From: Nitrospirota bacterium
GTDB taxonomy: Bacteria > Nitrospirota > UBA9217
Assembly: GCA_963836175.1 (NCBI GenBank)
Contig: CAWIIS010000004.1
Location: 47,480-111,479 of the forward strand
DNA: 64,000 nt
Direction: 5' to 3'
Of this stretch, positions 31,171-40,888 are shown one piece after another. The position numbers and the translations under genes were made by a program. Every line of letters begins with the position of its first letter. Position 1 is the stretch's first letter. The notes beneath the pieces are model-generated. The model was given only the letters and a program-made list of their open reading frames with translations. It searched no databases and was not told the DNA's origin.

Positions 31171-31452
31171 GTGATCAAATCGTTCAAAAGTAAGGAAGCT
31201 GAAAAGTTATTTCATGGCTGGTTCTCCTCGAAATTGCCGCAAGCAATTCAACGGAGCACTGCAATAAAACTTGAACTGATTCATGCCGCGACCATGATCG
31301 AAACACTGCGAATCCCGCCGTCAAATCATCTTGAGGAATTGAAAGGTGAAAGGAAGGGGCAGCACAGCATCCGCATCAATAAACAGTGGAGGATTTGTTT
31401 CACTTGGAAAGGCAGTGATGCCTACGACGTTGAAATTGTCGATTACCATTGA
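31171..31452 (+). CDS. higB: HigB-family (RelE/ParE superfamily) toxin
   Basis: 93 aa; MIKSFK...LKGERKG...W(R)I(C)F...VDYH signature of HigB/killer protein family. Confidence 0.8.
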   Translation: MIKSFKSKEAEKLFHGWFSSKLPQAIQRSTAIKLELIHAATMIETLRIPPSNHLEELKGERKGQHSIRINKQWRICFTWKGSDAYDVEIVDYH

Positions 31453-31463
31453 AAGGAATGAAT

Positions 31464-31775
31464 ATGAAAACAAAAAAACGCGACTTTTCTCCCATCCATC
31501 CGGGCGAGATCCTGGTATCGGAATTTTTGGAGCCGATGGGTATCAGTCAATACCGCTTGGCAAAAGACATCGGTGTAACACCTCGACGCATTAACGAGAT
31601 TGTACATGGACGACGAGCTATTTCCGCAGACACGGCGTTGCGGCTGAGCCATTTTTTCGGCATGGAAGCGCAGTTTTGGCTCAACCTGCAATCAAGATAT
31701 GATATGGAAGTAGCCAGAGAGCTACTTCACGATAAAATCATCAAACAAGTCCGTCCCTTTTCCCGCGCAGCATAA
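31464..31775 (+). CDS. higA: HigA antitoxin (XRE-family HTH)
   Basis: HPGEIL...LAKDIGVTPRRINEIVHGRRAISADTALRL...FWLNLQ; immediately downstream of higB. Confidence 0.8.
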   Translation: MKTKKRDFSPIHPGEILVSEFLEPMGISQYRLAKDIGVTPRRINEIVHGRRAISADTALRLSHFFGMEAQFWLNLQSRYDMEVARELLHDKIIKQVRPFSRAA

Positions 31776-32061
31776 TATCATCATAACGAAAGGCTCGGCT
31801 TCGTCTGGGGCGATTAACCCGCCCGGCGGGTCAGCCTTGCGTTCTCGCCGTCGCTTCGCGACGCCAGAATGGGGCACCGCGCCCTCAGCCGAGCCGTTCT
31901 CCGGTCGGTCGGATAGATCAAGGGGATATTTGATGCCAGGCCCAGGGAATTTCTTTTTACACCACTTAATAAACCTTCCCCAGTAGCACTCCGCGTCACC
32001 GCAATCCCTCTCTTGCTTTTCCTCCCCTCCTGGTCTATGTTTTAATTGAGGAAACAAGCAC

Positions 32062-35000
32062 ATGCCGGAATCGAGCCTCTCACTATTTCATCCCCTCATC
32101 CAGAAGTGGTTCTCGGAGCAGGTCGGTAAACCGACCGACGTTCAGGAGAAGGCCTGGCCCGAGATCAGCCAAGGAAAACATGTGCTCGTTACCGCGCCAA
32201 CAGGCTGCGGCAAGACTTTGGCCTCTTTCCTGTGGGCCTTGAACCAGCTCATCAACGGGACCTGGTCCGGTGGCACAAGTCCGCGTTCTCTATATCTCGC
32301 CGCTTAAAGCCCTGAACAACGACGTCCAGCGAAACCTGTTGAAGCCTCTCGCGGAATTGCGGGAGACCTTCACTCGCGCGGGCACGCCTTTCCCGAACAT
32401 CACCGTTCTGACCCGGAGCGGCGACACGCCGGGCGAGGAGCGGCGGAGAATGGTCCGCAAGCCGCCGGAGATCCTGATCACGACGCCCGGAGTCCCTGAA
32501 TCTGCTGCTCACTTCCCGGAGCGGCCGCGGCATGCTCATGGGCATTGCAACGGTCATTCTCGACGAGATCCACGCGGTCGTGGGCACCAAGCGCGGGACC
32601 CATCTCATCACCGCAGTGGACCGGCTTGTTCCGCTTTCCGGCGAGTTTCAGCGCATAGCGCTTTCTGCCACGGTCAATCCGGCGGAGCGGGTGGCTGAAT
32701 TCGTGGGAGGGTTCCGGAAGACCGGCATTGGCAAGGACAGCATTTTTGAAAAGCGGCCTGTGACCCTCATTCAGTCCAGACAGGCAAAGGAATACGACAT
32801 CACCGTATCCTTCCCTGCCTGATGCGCGGGAGAAGATGGTCGAACGGCTCCTGGTGGCCGGCGCTCATCGATGCTTTCAGGGAGATCATCCAGCAGCAGC
32901 GCTCGACGCTGCTGTTCGCGAACAGCAGGAGGACGACGGAGAAGGTGACGCGGATGATCAATGAGGCCTCGCCCCTCCCCCAACCCCTCCCATCAAGGGA
33001 GGGGCTACAGCCTCTTCCTTTAAAAGAGGTTGGTTTCACGCACCCTCTCCCCTCTGTGGGAGAGGGCTGGGGTGAGGGGGCTAAAGCTCTCGCCTACGCC
33101 CACCACGGGTCGCTCTCGCGCGAGATGCGTCTGGCGGTGGAGCAGAAACTAAAGAACGGCGAGCTCAAGGCCATCGTTGCCACGAACTCCCTGGAACTCG
33201 GCATCGACATCGGCGGCCTCGACCAGGTGGTCCTGATCCAGACGCCGCGTTCGGTCTCGTCGGCCCTCCAGCGCATCGGCCGGTCCGGCCATTCCGTGGG
33301 AGAGAAAAGCCGCGGCCTGCTCTTCCCGACCCACGGACGGGACTTCATCGACGCCGCGGTCATGGCGCGGGCGGTGCCTGGACCAGGACATCGAAGAGGT
33401 CCATCCGGTTGAAGCGCCCCTCGATGTTCTGGCGCAGGTCATCCTGTCCATGACCAGCCATGGAGACGCTGGGACATCGACGAGCTGTATGCCTTCCTCA
33501 GAACCAGCTATCCCTTTCCGCGTCTGTCGCGCAAGCAGTTTGACATGGTGCTCGAAATGCTTGCCGGCCGGTATGCCGACACCCGCTTGCGGGAGCTGAA
33601 GGCGCGCGTCTCCCTCGACCGGATGGACAACACCGTCCAGGCGCACAGCGAAGTGCCCTATCTCCTCTACACGTCGGGCGGGACCATCCCCGAGCGCGGG
33701 CTACTTCGATCTGCGGCTGAAGGACACGCGTGCGAAGATCGGCGAACTGGACGAGGAGTTCGTGTGGGAGCGGTCGGTCGGCGAGACCTTCACCCTGGGG
33801 ACCCAGCTCTGGCGGATCGAGAATATCACGCATAACGACGTGGAGGTCGTGCCGGTCGCGGTCCGCAGCCGGCATCTTCCCCTTCTGGAAGGCGGAGGAG
33901 CAGAACCGGGATTTTCATCTTTCCGAGAAGATCGGCCTGTTTCTCGAACATGCGGACGACCGCGCTCGACAGCCCCGATTTCAAGCAGGAGCTCCTGCGA
34001 TCGCTACATGCATGGAAGAAGCCGCGGCCGATGAGCTGATCGCGTTCCTGAAGCTGCAGAAAGAGGCGACCGGCAGCGCGTCTCCCGCACCGGCATCATC
34101 TCTTGATCGAGCACGTCGAAGAACCGGTGCAGCCGCGGAGACTGCAAGCAGGTGATCCTCCATACCTTCTGGGGCGGCAGGGTGAACCGGCCTTTCGCCC
34201 TGGCTCTTGCCGCAGGCATGGGAGGAGAAGGAGCGAATGCCGCTCCAGATCATCGCAGGACGACGATGCGCTCCTGCTCATGCTGCCGCACGGCAGTCAG
34301 CGGCCGGCGATCTCTGGGCGCTTCTGTCTCCGGAAAACGTCGAGACCTTTCTGCAGAAAGAGGCTGGAGCAGACCGGCTTTTTCGGCGCCCGGTTCCGGG
34401 AGAACGCGGAGCGGGCGCTGCTGCTGCCGAAAGCGAGCTTCAAGCGCAGGATGCCGCTCTGGCTCATCCGGCTCCGGGCCAAGGAACTGCTGGAGGCGTG
34501 TCGTCACTACGAGGATTTCCCGATCGTGCTCGAAACCTGGCGCACCTGCCTGGAGGACGAGTTCGATCTGGAGAACCTCAGAAGCGTGCTCGAGGAGCTC
34601 CGCGACGGGCATGGTGCGCGTGAGCGAGACCGTGACCGCGCGGCCTCTCCGTTTGCAGCGCAGCCTCGTCTGGAAGCAGACGAACAAGTACATGTACGAG
34701 GACGACACGCCGATCCTCGCCAAAGAGTCGGCGCTGCGGCCGGACCTGATCAAAGAGATTCTGTTCTCGTCCCACCTGCGGCCGAAAATTCCCGCGGAGG
34801 TCATCCGCATCCTGGACGACAAGCTGAAGCGCACAGCCCCCGGCTACGCGCCGGGCCACGGCGCTGGAGCTTCTGGACTGGGTGAAGGAGCGGATGCTCA
34901 TCCCGGAACCGGAATGGAAGGAACTGGCAGGCGCGATCAGGCGCGATCTTGATGCGGACGGAGCTGCATGGCTTGCGGCCCAGGCAAAGAAGCTTTCTGG

Positions 35001-36659
35001 ATATCCTGGCCGGGAGTGAGACATCCGCTTCTGTGCGCTCTCGAAACCATGCCGAAGGTGCTCGTTGCCTTCCGGCTGCACCTGAGATGTTCTCACGCTG
35101 CGGCCTGCGGGCACTGAAGAAAAAGCGGAGACCCTTACGAAACGCGTGCTCTCCTTTTTGCGCGAACCGTCCCGAGTCTGCGAGAATAGCGGAAGAATAT
35201 GATCTCGCGAATTTCCTTTCCGAGTGGCTCTCCTTCTACGGGCCGGTCGAAAAAGAAGAGCTGGACCATCTCCTCGGCGTCACCGCGGAGCGGATCGATG
35301 AAGCGATCGAACCTTTGATCGAGTCGCAGGACCTCGTCATGGACCGCTTCGGCGAGGAGAGCCGCGGCATCGAGATCTGCGACAGCGGAAATCTCGAAGT
35401 GCTGCTTCGCATGGCGCGAAAATACCGCCAGCCGTCCTTCGAACCCCTTCCCGCTGAACAGCTTCCGCTGTTCCTTGCTGCTTATCAGGGCATTCTCCCG
35501 GCCGGACAATCCCTGGACGATCTCAAGCAAAGGCTGGAGCAGCTCTTCGGGCTTCCCGCGCCGGTGGCGGCCTGGGAGGAATACCTCCTTCCCTGCCGCA
35601 TGCGGCAGTACCGGGGCGAGTGGCTCGACCGGCTCATGAGCGAGAGCGATCTTGTCTGGTTCGGCTGCGGACAGAAGCGCATCAGCCTTGGCTTTAACCA
35701 GGACCTTGAGCTCTTCCGCCCTGCCCGGGAGCGAGAGCAGGAGCGGCGGCGAGCTCGATCAACTGATCCCCGACCGCCGCGGCAAATACAGCTTCCTCGA
35801 CATCACGGGGTTTTCCCACCTGGACACGACCCATGCAATGGAGCTTCTCTGGAAGGAGGCATGGAAGGGGAACGTGACGAGCGATTCCTTCCGCGTCATC
35901 AGAAAGGGGGTCCTGACCGGGTTCAGAGGAGAGGCCTTCGGGACTGACGAGCGGCTCATGTCCCGGCGTGCCGGCTTCAACCGGTGGAAAGTGTCGAGGC
36001 CGCTGGAGGGGCATTGGCTCAGGATCGATCCCTTGCCGCAGGAGCAGGATCTCCTCGAAACGGAAGAACTGGTTAAGGACCGCGTCAGGCAGCTGCTCAA
36101 GCGCTTCGGGGTATTGTTCCGCCCGCTGCTTGCGAACGAGCTGCCGCCCTTCCAGTGGCGCGCAGTGTTCCGGTCGCTCCGCATGATGGAGCTTTCGGGC
36201 GAGGTGCTGTCAGGCTACTTTTTTGAAGGGGTCCCGGGCCCGCAGTTCGTATCGCCTGAGGCGTTCCGCATGCTGCAGGAGCCGCTGCCGCAGGACGCCG
36301 TCTTCTGGATCAATGCAGCGGACCCCGCATCCCTTTGCGGATTGGGGCTTGCGGGAGTCCCGGGACTGCCTTCCCGGATTTCCTCGACGCAGCTTGTCTA
36401 TCACGGCAGCAGGCTGGTCATGATCGCGAAGCGGCTGGGCAAGAACATCGAGCTTCTGGTCCCGCCAGACGACGAGCGTCTTACCGAATATTTCATTCTG
36501 TTCAAGGACCTCCTCGGCCGGGAGTTCAATCCCGTCAGGAAGGTCGTGATCGAGACGATCAATGGCGAGCCGGCCATGAAGAGCCCCTATCAGGAGCCTC
36601 TCCGGCAATTCGGGTTCCGCTCTGCGAGGAATGCGCTGGAGTTGTGGCGGGAGCTTTGA
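32062..36659 (+). pseudogene. Lhr-type DEAD/DEAH-box helicase (helicase core + DEAD/H-associated domain), interrupted by at least 9 frameshifts
   Basis: motif I APTGCGKT, motif II DEIH, SAT, motif VI QRIGRSGH, Lhr C-terminal domains, spread over at least 10 track ORFs in different frames. Confidence 0.65.
32968..33082. repeat. GC-rich composite palindromic mini-element embedded in-frame in the helicase gene
   Basis: CCCCTCCC..GGGAGGGG, CCTCTTCC-tttaaaa-GAGG, CCCTCTCCC-ctctgt-GGGAGAGGG-CTGGGGTGAGGGGG; translates to SPLPQPLPSREGLQPLPLKEVGFTHPLPSVGEGWGEG. Confidence 0.55.
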
Positions 36660-36744
36660 GCAGAAGGCAGCAGGCCGTACCAAAGCTTTGGTGATATAAT
36701 TACAGAAGAGGAAGATATCCTGAAGGAAAAGAGGTGAGTCTCTA

Positions 36745-36923
36745 TGATCGTCGACCTGGATAAAAAGGAACGGGACCTGCTCGTTCACGAACTGGAGGAG
36801 ACCACGATCCCGCAGATCAGGGAGCTGGTCGCTTCGGGCATGCGGAAAAACAACCGTGATGAACTGAAAATAGACGAAGAAGCTCTGAAGAGCGTGCTCG
36901 AAAAACTGAAAAAGGCGGCCTGA
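36745..36923 (+). CDS. hypothetical small protein (59 aa, below ORF-track cutoff)
   Basis: GAGGTGA RBS 6 nt before ATG; charged helical peptide; strong terminator follows. Confidence 0.35.
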
Positions 36924-36975
36924 TCCGCCACTGCTGCGGCCCTGGGCCGCATTCCACTCCGTCGCCCGGATGCCA

Positions 36976-37013
36976 AGAGGTGCAGTGAATCTGCGCCTCT
37001 TTTTTGTTTTTTT
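36976..37013 (+). terminator. rho-independent terminator
   Basis: AGAGGTGCAG-tgaat-CTGCGCCTCT followed by TTTTTTGTTTTTTT. Confidence 0.6.
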
Positions 37014-37035
37014 ACATCCTGCTGACCCGTTCCCG

Positions 37036-37527
37036 TCAGTCAGAGGTCCTGACCTGCGTGTTCCCACCTACGCTGAACCGTTCGACGATCTCCAGATTGG
37101 CAACACCATTCGTTGAGAATTCCTGGATGTAGCGCTGCCGGATGGGCCCCTCCGCAACCTGACGCTCGCTCTCGCTCAGCGCGTTGAGGCGGTCGATCCC
37201 GCCCGCGAGCTGCACCGCGTCCCGCAGGGACAATCGGCCGATCAGCTCGTCCCAGAAGAGGTGGTCACCGAACTCGTCGAGGACGGCATGGGCCATGCTT
37301 TTTTCCTCGAATTCCGCTGTCGGGAGGTAGGCCTGCGCCTGCTCGTTATAGTTGATAAGCTGGTCGAGACCTTCGCCCCGCGCGAAGGCATAGAGCTTCT
37401 GGATAAGCGCCCGGTGCCGCATGCTGCGCATGTCCTTTTCTTTCCGGTGGCCCGATAGTATGACATCGGAGATATGCAGGATGTCGAGCAGGTCGCGGTA
37501 TTCATTATTGGAAAGATCGATATTCAT
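37036..37527 (-). CDS. hypothetical protein
   Basis: start MNIDLSNNEY at 37527 overlaps upstream stop in ATGA (translational coupling). Confidence 0.45.
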   Translation of the reverse strand: MNIDLSNNEYRDLLDILHISDVILSGHRKEKDMRSMRHRALIQKLYAFARGEGLDQLINYNEQAQAYLPTAEFEEKSMAHAVLDEFGDHLFWDELIGRLSLRDAVQLAGGIDRLNALSESERQVAEGPIRQRYIQEFSTNGVANLEIVERFSVGGNTQVRTSD

Positions 37528-38237
37528 GGCATTGGCCTTTCCATCCGGCTTCCCGGCATTCCATCGTATTCTGCGATCCATTCAGGTTTATCGCAGAAAG
37601 CAAAACTCATGTTCATGTGGTCGCGTTCATCCAGGCCGATGCGTCTGAACACATCCGCCCAGTTTGGCAGCTGTCCGCGTTCTTTCACGTGTTCATTATT
37701 GACAAGTTGTTGTTCCCACTCCGGATGCTCTTCAACAAATTGTGCGTACACGTGTTCGGCATGGTCCTCGAACTCCGCGTTGAACAGGAACGCTCTGCGA
37801 ATCCCGGCCAATGCCATTACGCGCGTGAGTACGGAATAGAAGCTGGTCATAAGAAGGGGGACAGGAAAAAACAGATACCACGGGTCCTTGATCCCATCCT
37901 CCTTCATCTTCTCGTTGACAACCAGCAAGTGCCAATATTCGCCATCCTGGGCTTCGCGGGCCCAGAGCATGATTTTGCGCGCTTCTTGTACCAGTGTCTG
38001 GTCCCGGTAACCTCGCGTCATGCGCGCATACTGACGGGTTTCCCAGGCGCGGTAGGGGATGCCGGCCAGTATCTCTATGAGCTTGACCTTGGGAAGCGTT
38101 ATTTTTTCTCCCGTCACCAGGTCCATGGATAGGAAAAAAACTTTTGCCGCAAGCGAATACCGGTATCGCGGCCTCTCGATGGAAGCTTTCTGTTCTTTCT
38201 TGAGATCAGGGGTCATAAATATAGGGGTTGTTGCCAA
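37524..38237 (-). CDS. alternative-oxidase-like di-iron carboxylate protein (AOX/PTOX family) - tentative
   Basis: spaced E...ExxH-type segments (EAQDGEYWH, EFEDHAEH, DERDH) reminiscent of AOX four-helix di-iron site; TTG start in track. Confidence 0.35.
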   Translation of the reverse strand: MATTPIFMTPDLKKEQKASIERPRYRYSLAAKVFFLSMDLVTGEKITLPKVKLIEILAGIPYRAWETRQYARMTRGYRDQTLVQEARKIMLWAREAQDGEYWHLLVVNEKMKEDGIKDPWYLFFPVPLLMTSFYSVLTRVMALAGIRRAFLFNAEFEDHAEHVYAQFVEEHPEWEQQLVNNEHVKERGQLPNWADVFRRIGLDERDHMNMSFAFCDKPEWIAEYDGMPGSRMERPMP

Positions 38238-38661
38238 AATCAGTTTTAGACGAAACTGTCATTCTGAGCGCAGCGAAGAATCTCGCATTTGCACCGTCGA
38301 AAAACGATCGAGGACATCCAGTACAATACTTTTTTCATAGCGCACCTTAGGCTAACAGCTGTTTTTCCGGAATAAAGCCCTTCCGTCTTCAACCTCAGCA
38401 CCTCAGTAGTTAGTATAATTTCTAAACCTACCACAGCAACTCCGATTGTCAAGGAGAGCGGACCAGACCGTGGAATTGATGCATACTAAAGAACGGCATG
38501 GTGGAAGACAGCGTTCTCTCGCGGGTTTCAACTCGTAGTTTGTTGAAAGAACGGGCTTGCATGTTCATGAAAAAAGTAGTAAAATCGAAAGCGTTAAAAT
38601 TTTACGTGCCGTGCATCTCATTGGGTTGAGTGCTCCGGTACTACCAACAAGGAGATTACTG

Positions 38662-39009
38662 ATGAAGAGCGCTAACGTGGTATTTGCAGCAGGTGTCTTG
38701 TTATTTGTCATGGCCAGTGGCTGTAATCCAACCAAAAAAGATGTCCCCGCGCCTGCATCTCAGTCCCAGTCCGCTCCAGATACGGCGCAGACTATTTCCG
38801 GGAAAGTGGTGGAAACGATGAATTCCGGCGGCTATACCTACGTTTCCCTTGAGAATAACGGGGAAAAGACCTGGGTCGCCGTACCGGCCATGAATGTCAA
38901 AGTCGGACAGGAGTTGAAGTGCCAGCCCGGCGTAGTGATGAATAATTTCACGAGCAAGACCATGAAACGTACGTTCGAGAGCATCATCTTCTCCGGTGGT
39001 ATTCTCTGA
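38662..39009 (+). CDS. hypothetical lipoprotein
   Basis: AAGGAG RBS; MKSANVVFAAGVLLFVMASGC lipobox. Confidence 0.5.
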   Translation: MKSANVVFAAGVLLFVMASGCNPTKKDVPAPASQSQSAPDTAQTISGKVVETMNSGGYTYVSLENNGEKTWVAVPAMNVKVGQELKCQPGVVMNNFTSKTMKRTFESIIFSGGIL

Positions 39010-39039
39010 TACGGAGTACCCGGGACGTTACAAGTCGGA

Positions 39040-39070
39040 GGCCGCTGAGTTAAACTCAGCGGCCTTTTTA
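39040..39070 (+). terminator. rho-independent terminator
   Basis: GGCCGCTGAG-ttaaa-CTCAGCGGCC + TTTTT. Confidence 0.6.
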
Positions 39071-39146
39071 ATTGACGAGGACACGAGCGCAATTGCGATC
39101 AAAGTAAAAACGGTTCCCGGAAACGGCTGTGAAGAAGGAGAAAAAC

Positions 39147-39887
39147 ATGGACACCCATAACCCAGGTGAACAGAAAAGGTACCCGTCATCGGAAGAAAAC
39201 TATCTCAGGTATCTTCTCTATCTTCCTTCCCAGTTCAATGCTTTACCTGAAAAACGGTGGCCGGTACTATGCTTCCTTCATGGAGGGGGAGAAGCAGCTA
39301 AGGACAAGGCTGAAAAAGAACAGCCCATCGAGGCGCTCATGAATCATGGGTCCCCGCCCTGGCATTGTGAAATTAATTCACCGCTGATCCAAAATTTTAT
39401 CGTCGTTTCTCCGCAGCTTCCGGCACGAGGCAAATGGAGCCAGCCGGACTTCGAGCAGATGGAAAAAATCCTGCGGACGATCTACAGCAACTACCGTGGC
39501 GACCCTCACAAGACCTGCCTGACCGGCTTCAGTTACGGCGGCAAAGGCGTCTTTGATTTTGCCCTCTGGGCGGAAGAATTATCAAAAAAGGACCCTTCGA
39601 GAAAAGTTTCGTGGGCCGCCCTCTGGCCGGTTGACGAAGCCAATGATCAAGCGCGAACTGCTTGTTCTGTAAAGCGGGTCTGGCTCCATTTTGGGACGTG
39701 GAGACCCGACCTTCAGAAAAGTACTGTTGCGAACCTGGGGCTAAAACAAGCGGGAACTTTTCGTAACGGATATCCGAAAACTGATGGTCTTTACACTGAC
39801 TACACCCGTTTTGGTTATGATCACGTTACCACGTGTGCAGTATCTTATGCAGATTGGCGGGTTTATGAGTGGCTGCTGAGCTCTTGA
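39147..39887 (+). CDS. alpha/beta-hydrolase fold esterase
   Basis: AGGAGAAAAAC RBS; oxyanion FLHGGG and nucleophile elbow GFSYGG. Confidence 0.6.
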   Translation: MDTHNPGEQKRYPSSEENYLRYLLYLPSQFNALPEKRWPVLCFLHGGGEAAKDKAEKEQPIEALMNHGSPPWHCEINSPLIQNFIVVSPQLPARGKWSQPDFEQMEKILRTIYSNYRGDPHKTCLTGFSYGGKGVFDFALWAEELSKKDPSRKVSWAALWPVDEANDQARTACSVKRVWLHFGTWRPDLQKSTVANLGLKQAGTFRNGYPKTDGLYTDYTRFGYDHVTTCAVSYADWRVYEWLLSS

Positions 39888-39952
39888 AAAGAGCGCCGGC
39901 GTTCGGGTCCATACTGTTGGACTTTTGTTCAAGCTCCTGCTAAACTCCCTTC

Positions 39953-40696
39953 ATGGCTAGACCTATCCGTAGAAAATACTCAGGCGCGGTATCTCACCGA
40001 GAAAGCTATGATCCAAAATCCAAAACGTTCCTTTGTTCCTTACTTATTGCCGCTGTTATAGTTCTTTCAATTGCCGCGTATCAGAGAAACATCATCTGGA
40101 AGGATGACGTGCGTTTGTGGGCGGATGTGGTGAGAAAATCTCCGAATAACACCAGAGGGTATAATAACATTGGTAATGCTTATAAAGATAAGGGCCTGAT
40201 CGACAAAGCTATAGAGCATTATTTGATTGCCTTAAGTTTAAAACCTGATTATGCAGATGTCCATCATAACCTTGGACTGGCCTATTATGAACAGGGAAAA
40301 TTCGAGAAGAAATTCGAGAAGGCTATCTTAGCATTTCAGACCGCACTGAAGCTGAGGCCTGACTATGCAGACACTTATAACAGCCTCGGGAGTGCTTACT
40401 ATAAGCAAGGGCGATTAGATGAGGCTATGGAGGCATTTCTGACCGCAATAAGGCTGAAACCCGATCTTTCTTCGGCTCATAACAATATGGGACTTCTCTA
40501 CGCAAGGAAGGGAATGTTGGGAGGGGCTAAGGAGGCATTTCAGACTGCAATAGGGCTGAAACCTGATTATGCAAATGCCTATTATAACTTAGCGGTGGTA
40601 TACGAAAAACAAGGATTAATAAACGAAGCAAAAAAGCACTACCGTATCGCATTAAGGCTCGAACAGGAAGATAACACGAAGGGATCATCTCTATAG
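39953..40696 (+). CDS. membrane-anchored TPR-repeat protein (paralogue of 30182-30691)
   Basis: N-terminal TM then 5-6 TPR units (YNN.G.AY...A...Y..AL.L.PDYA). Confidence 0.65.
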   Translation: MARPIRRKYSGAVSHRESYDPKSKTFLCSLLIAAVIVLSIAAYQRNIIWKDDVRLWADVVRKSPNNTRGYNNIGNAYKDKGLIDKAIEHYLIALSLKPDYADVHHNLGLAYYEQGKFEKKFEKAILAFQTALKLRPDYADTYNSLGSAYYKQGRLDEAMEAFLTAIRLKPDLSSAHNNMGLLYARKGMLGGAKEAFQTAIGLKPDYANAYYNLAVVYEKQGLINEAKKHYRIALRLEQEDNTKGSSL

Positions 40697-40809
40697 GATT
40701 CTTCAGCTAAAGGGTAATATGACGACTGTTCTCTGGATTCTCGCTGTTCGTACAACTACGACGAACTCGTAAGCCACGACAAAACCAGCCTCGACATCTT
40801 CTGGCTCAA

Positions 40810-40840
40810 GGAAAAAGGCCCGGGAATCTCCCGGGCCTTC
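40810..40840 (-). terminator. rho-independent terminator (bidirectional hairpin) for the cytochrome gene
   Basis: AAGGCCCGGGA-atc-TCCCGGGCCTT flanked by A5 on plus, T5 on minus. Confidence 0.55.
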
Positions 40841-40888
40841 GTGTTTACTCCTGCGCCTGATATACTTTTTAGGCGGTCGATCGTCAGC

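Noticed and set aside
31722-32063. 113-aa minus-strand ORF between higA and the helicase
   Set aside because: No RBS, Cys/Gly/Pro-rich. It overlaps the helicase promoter region, so it is likely spurious.
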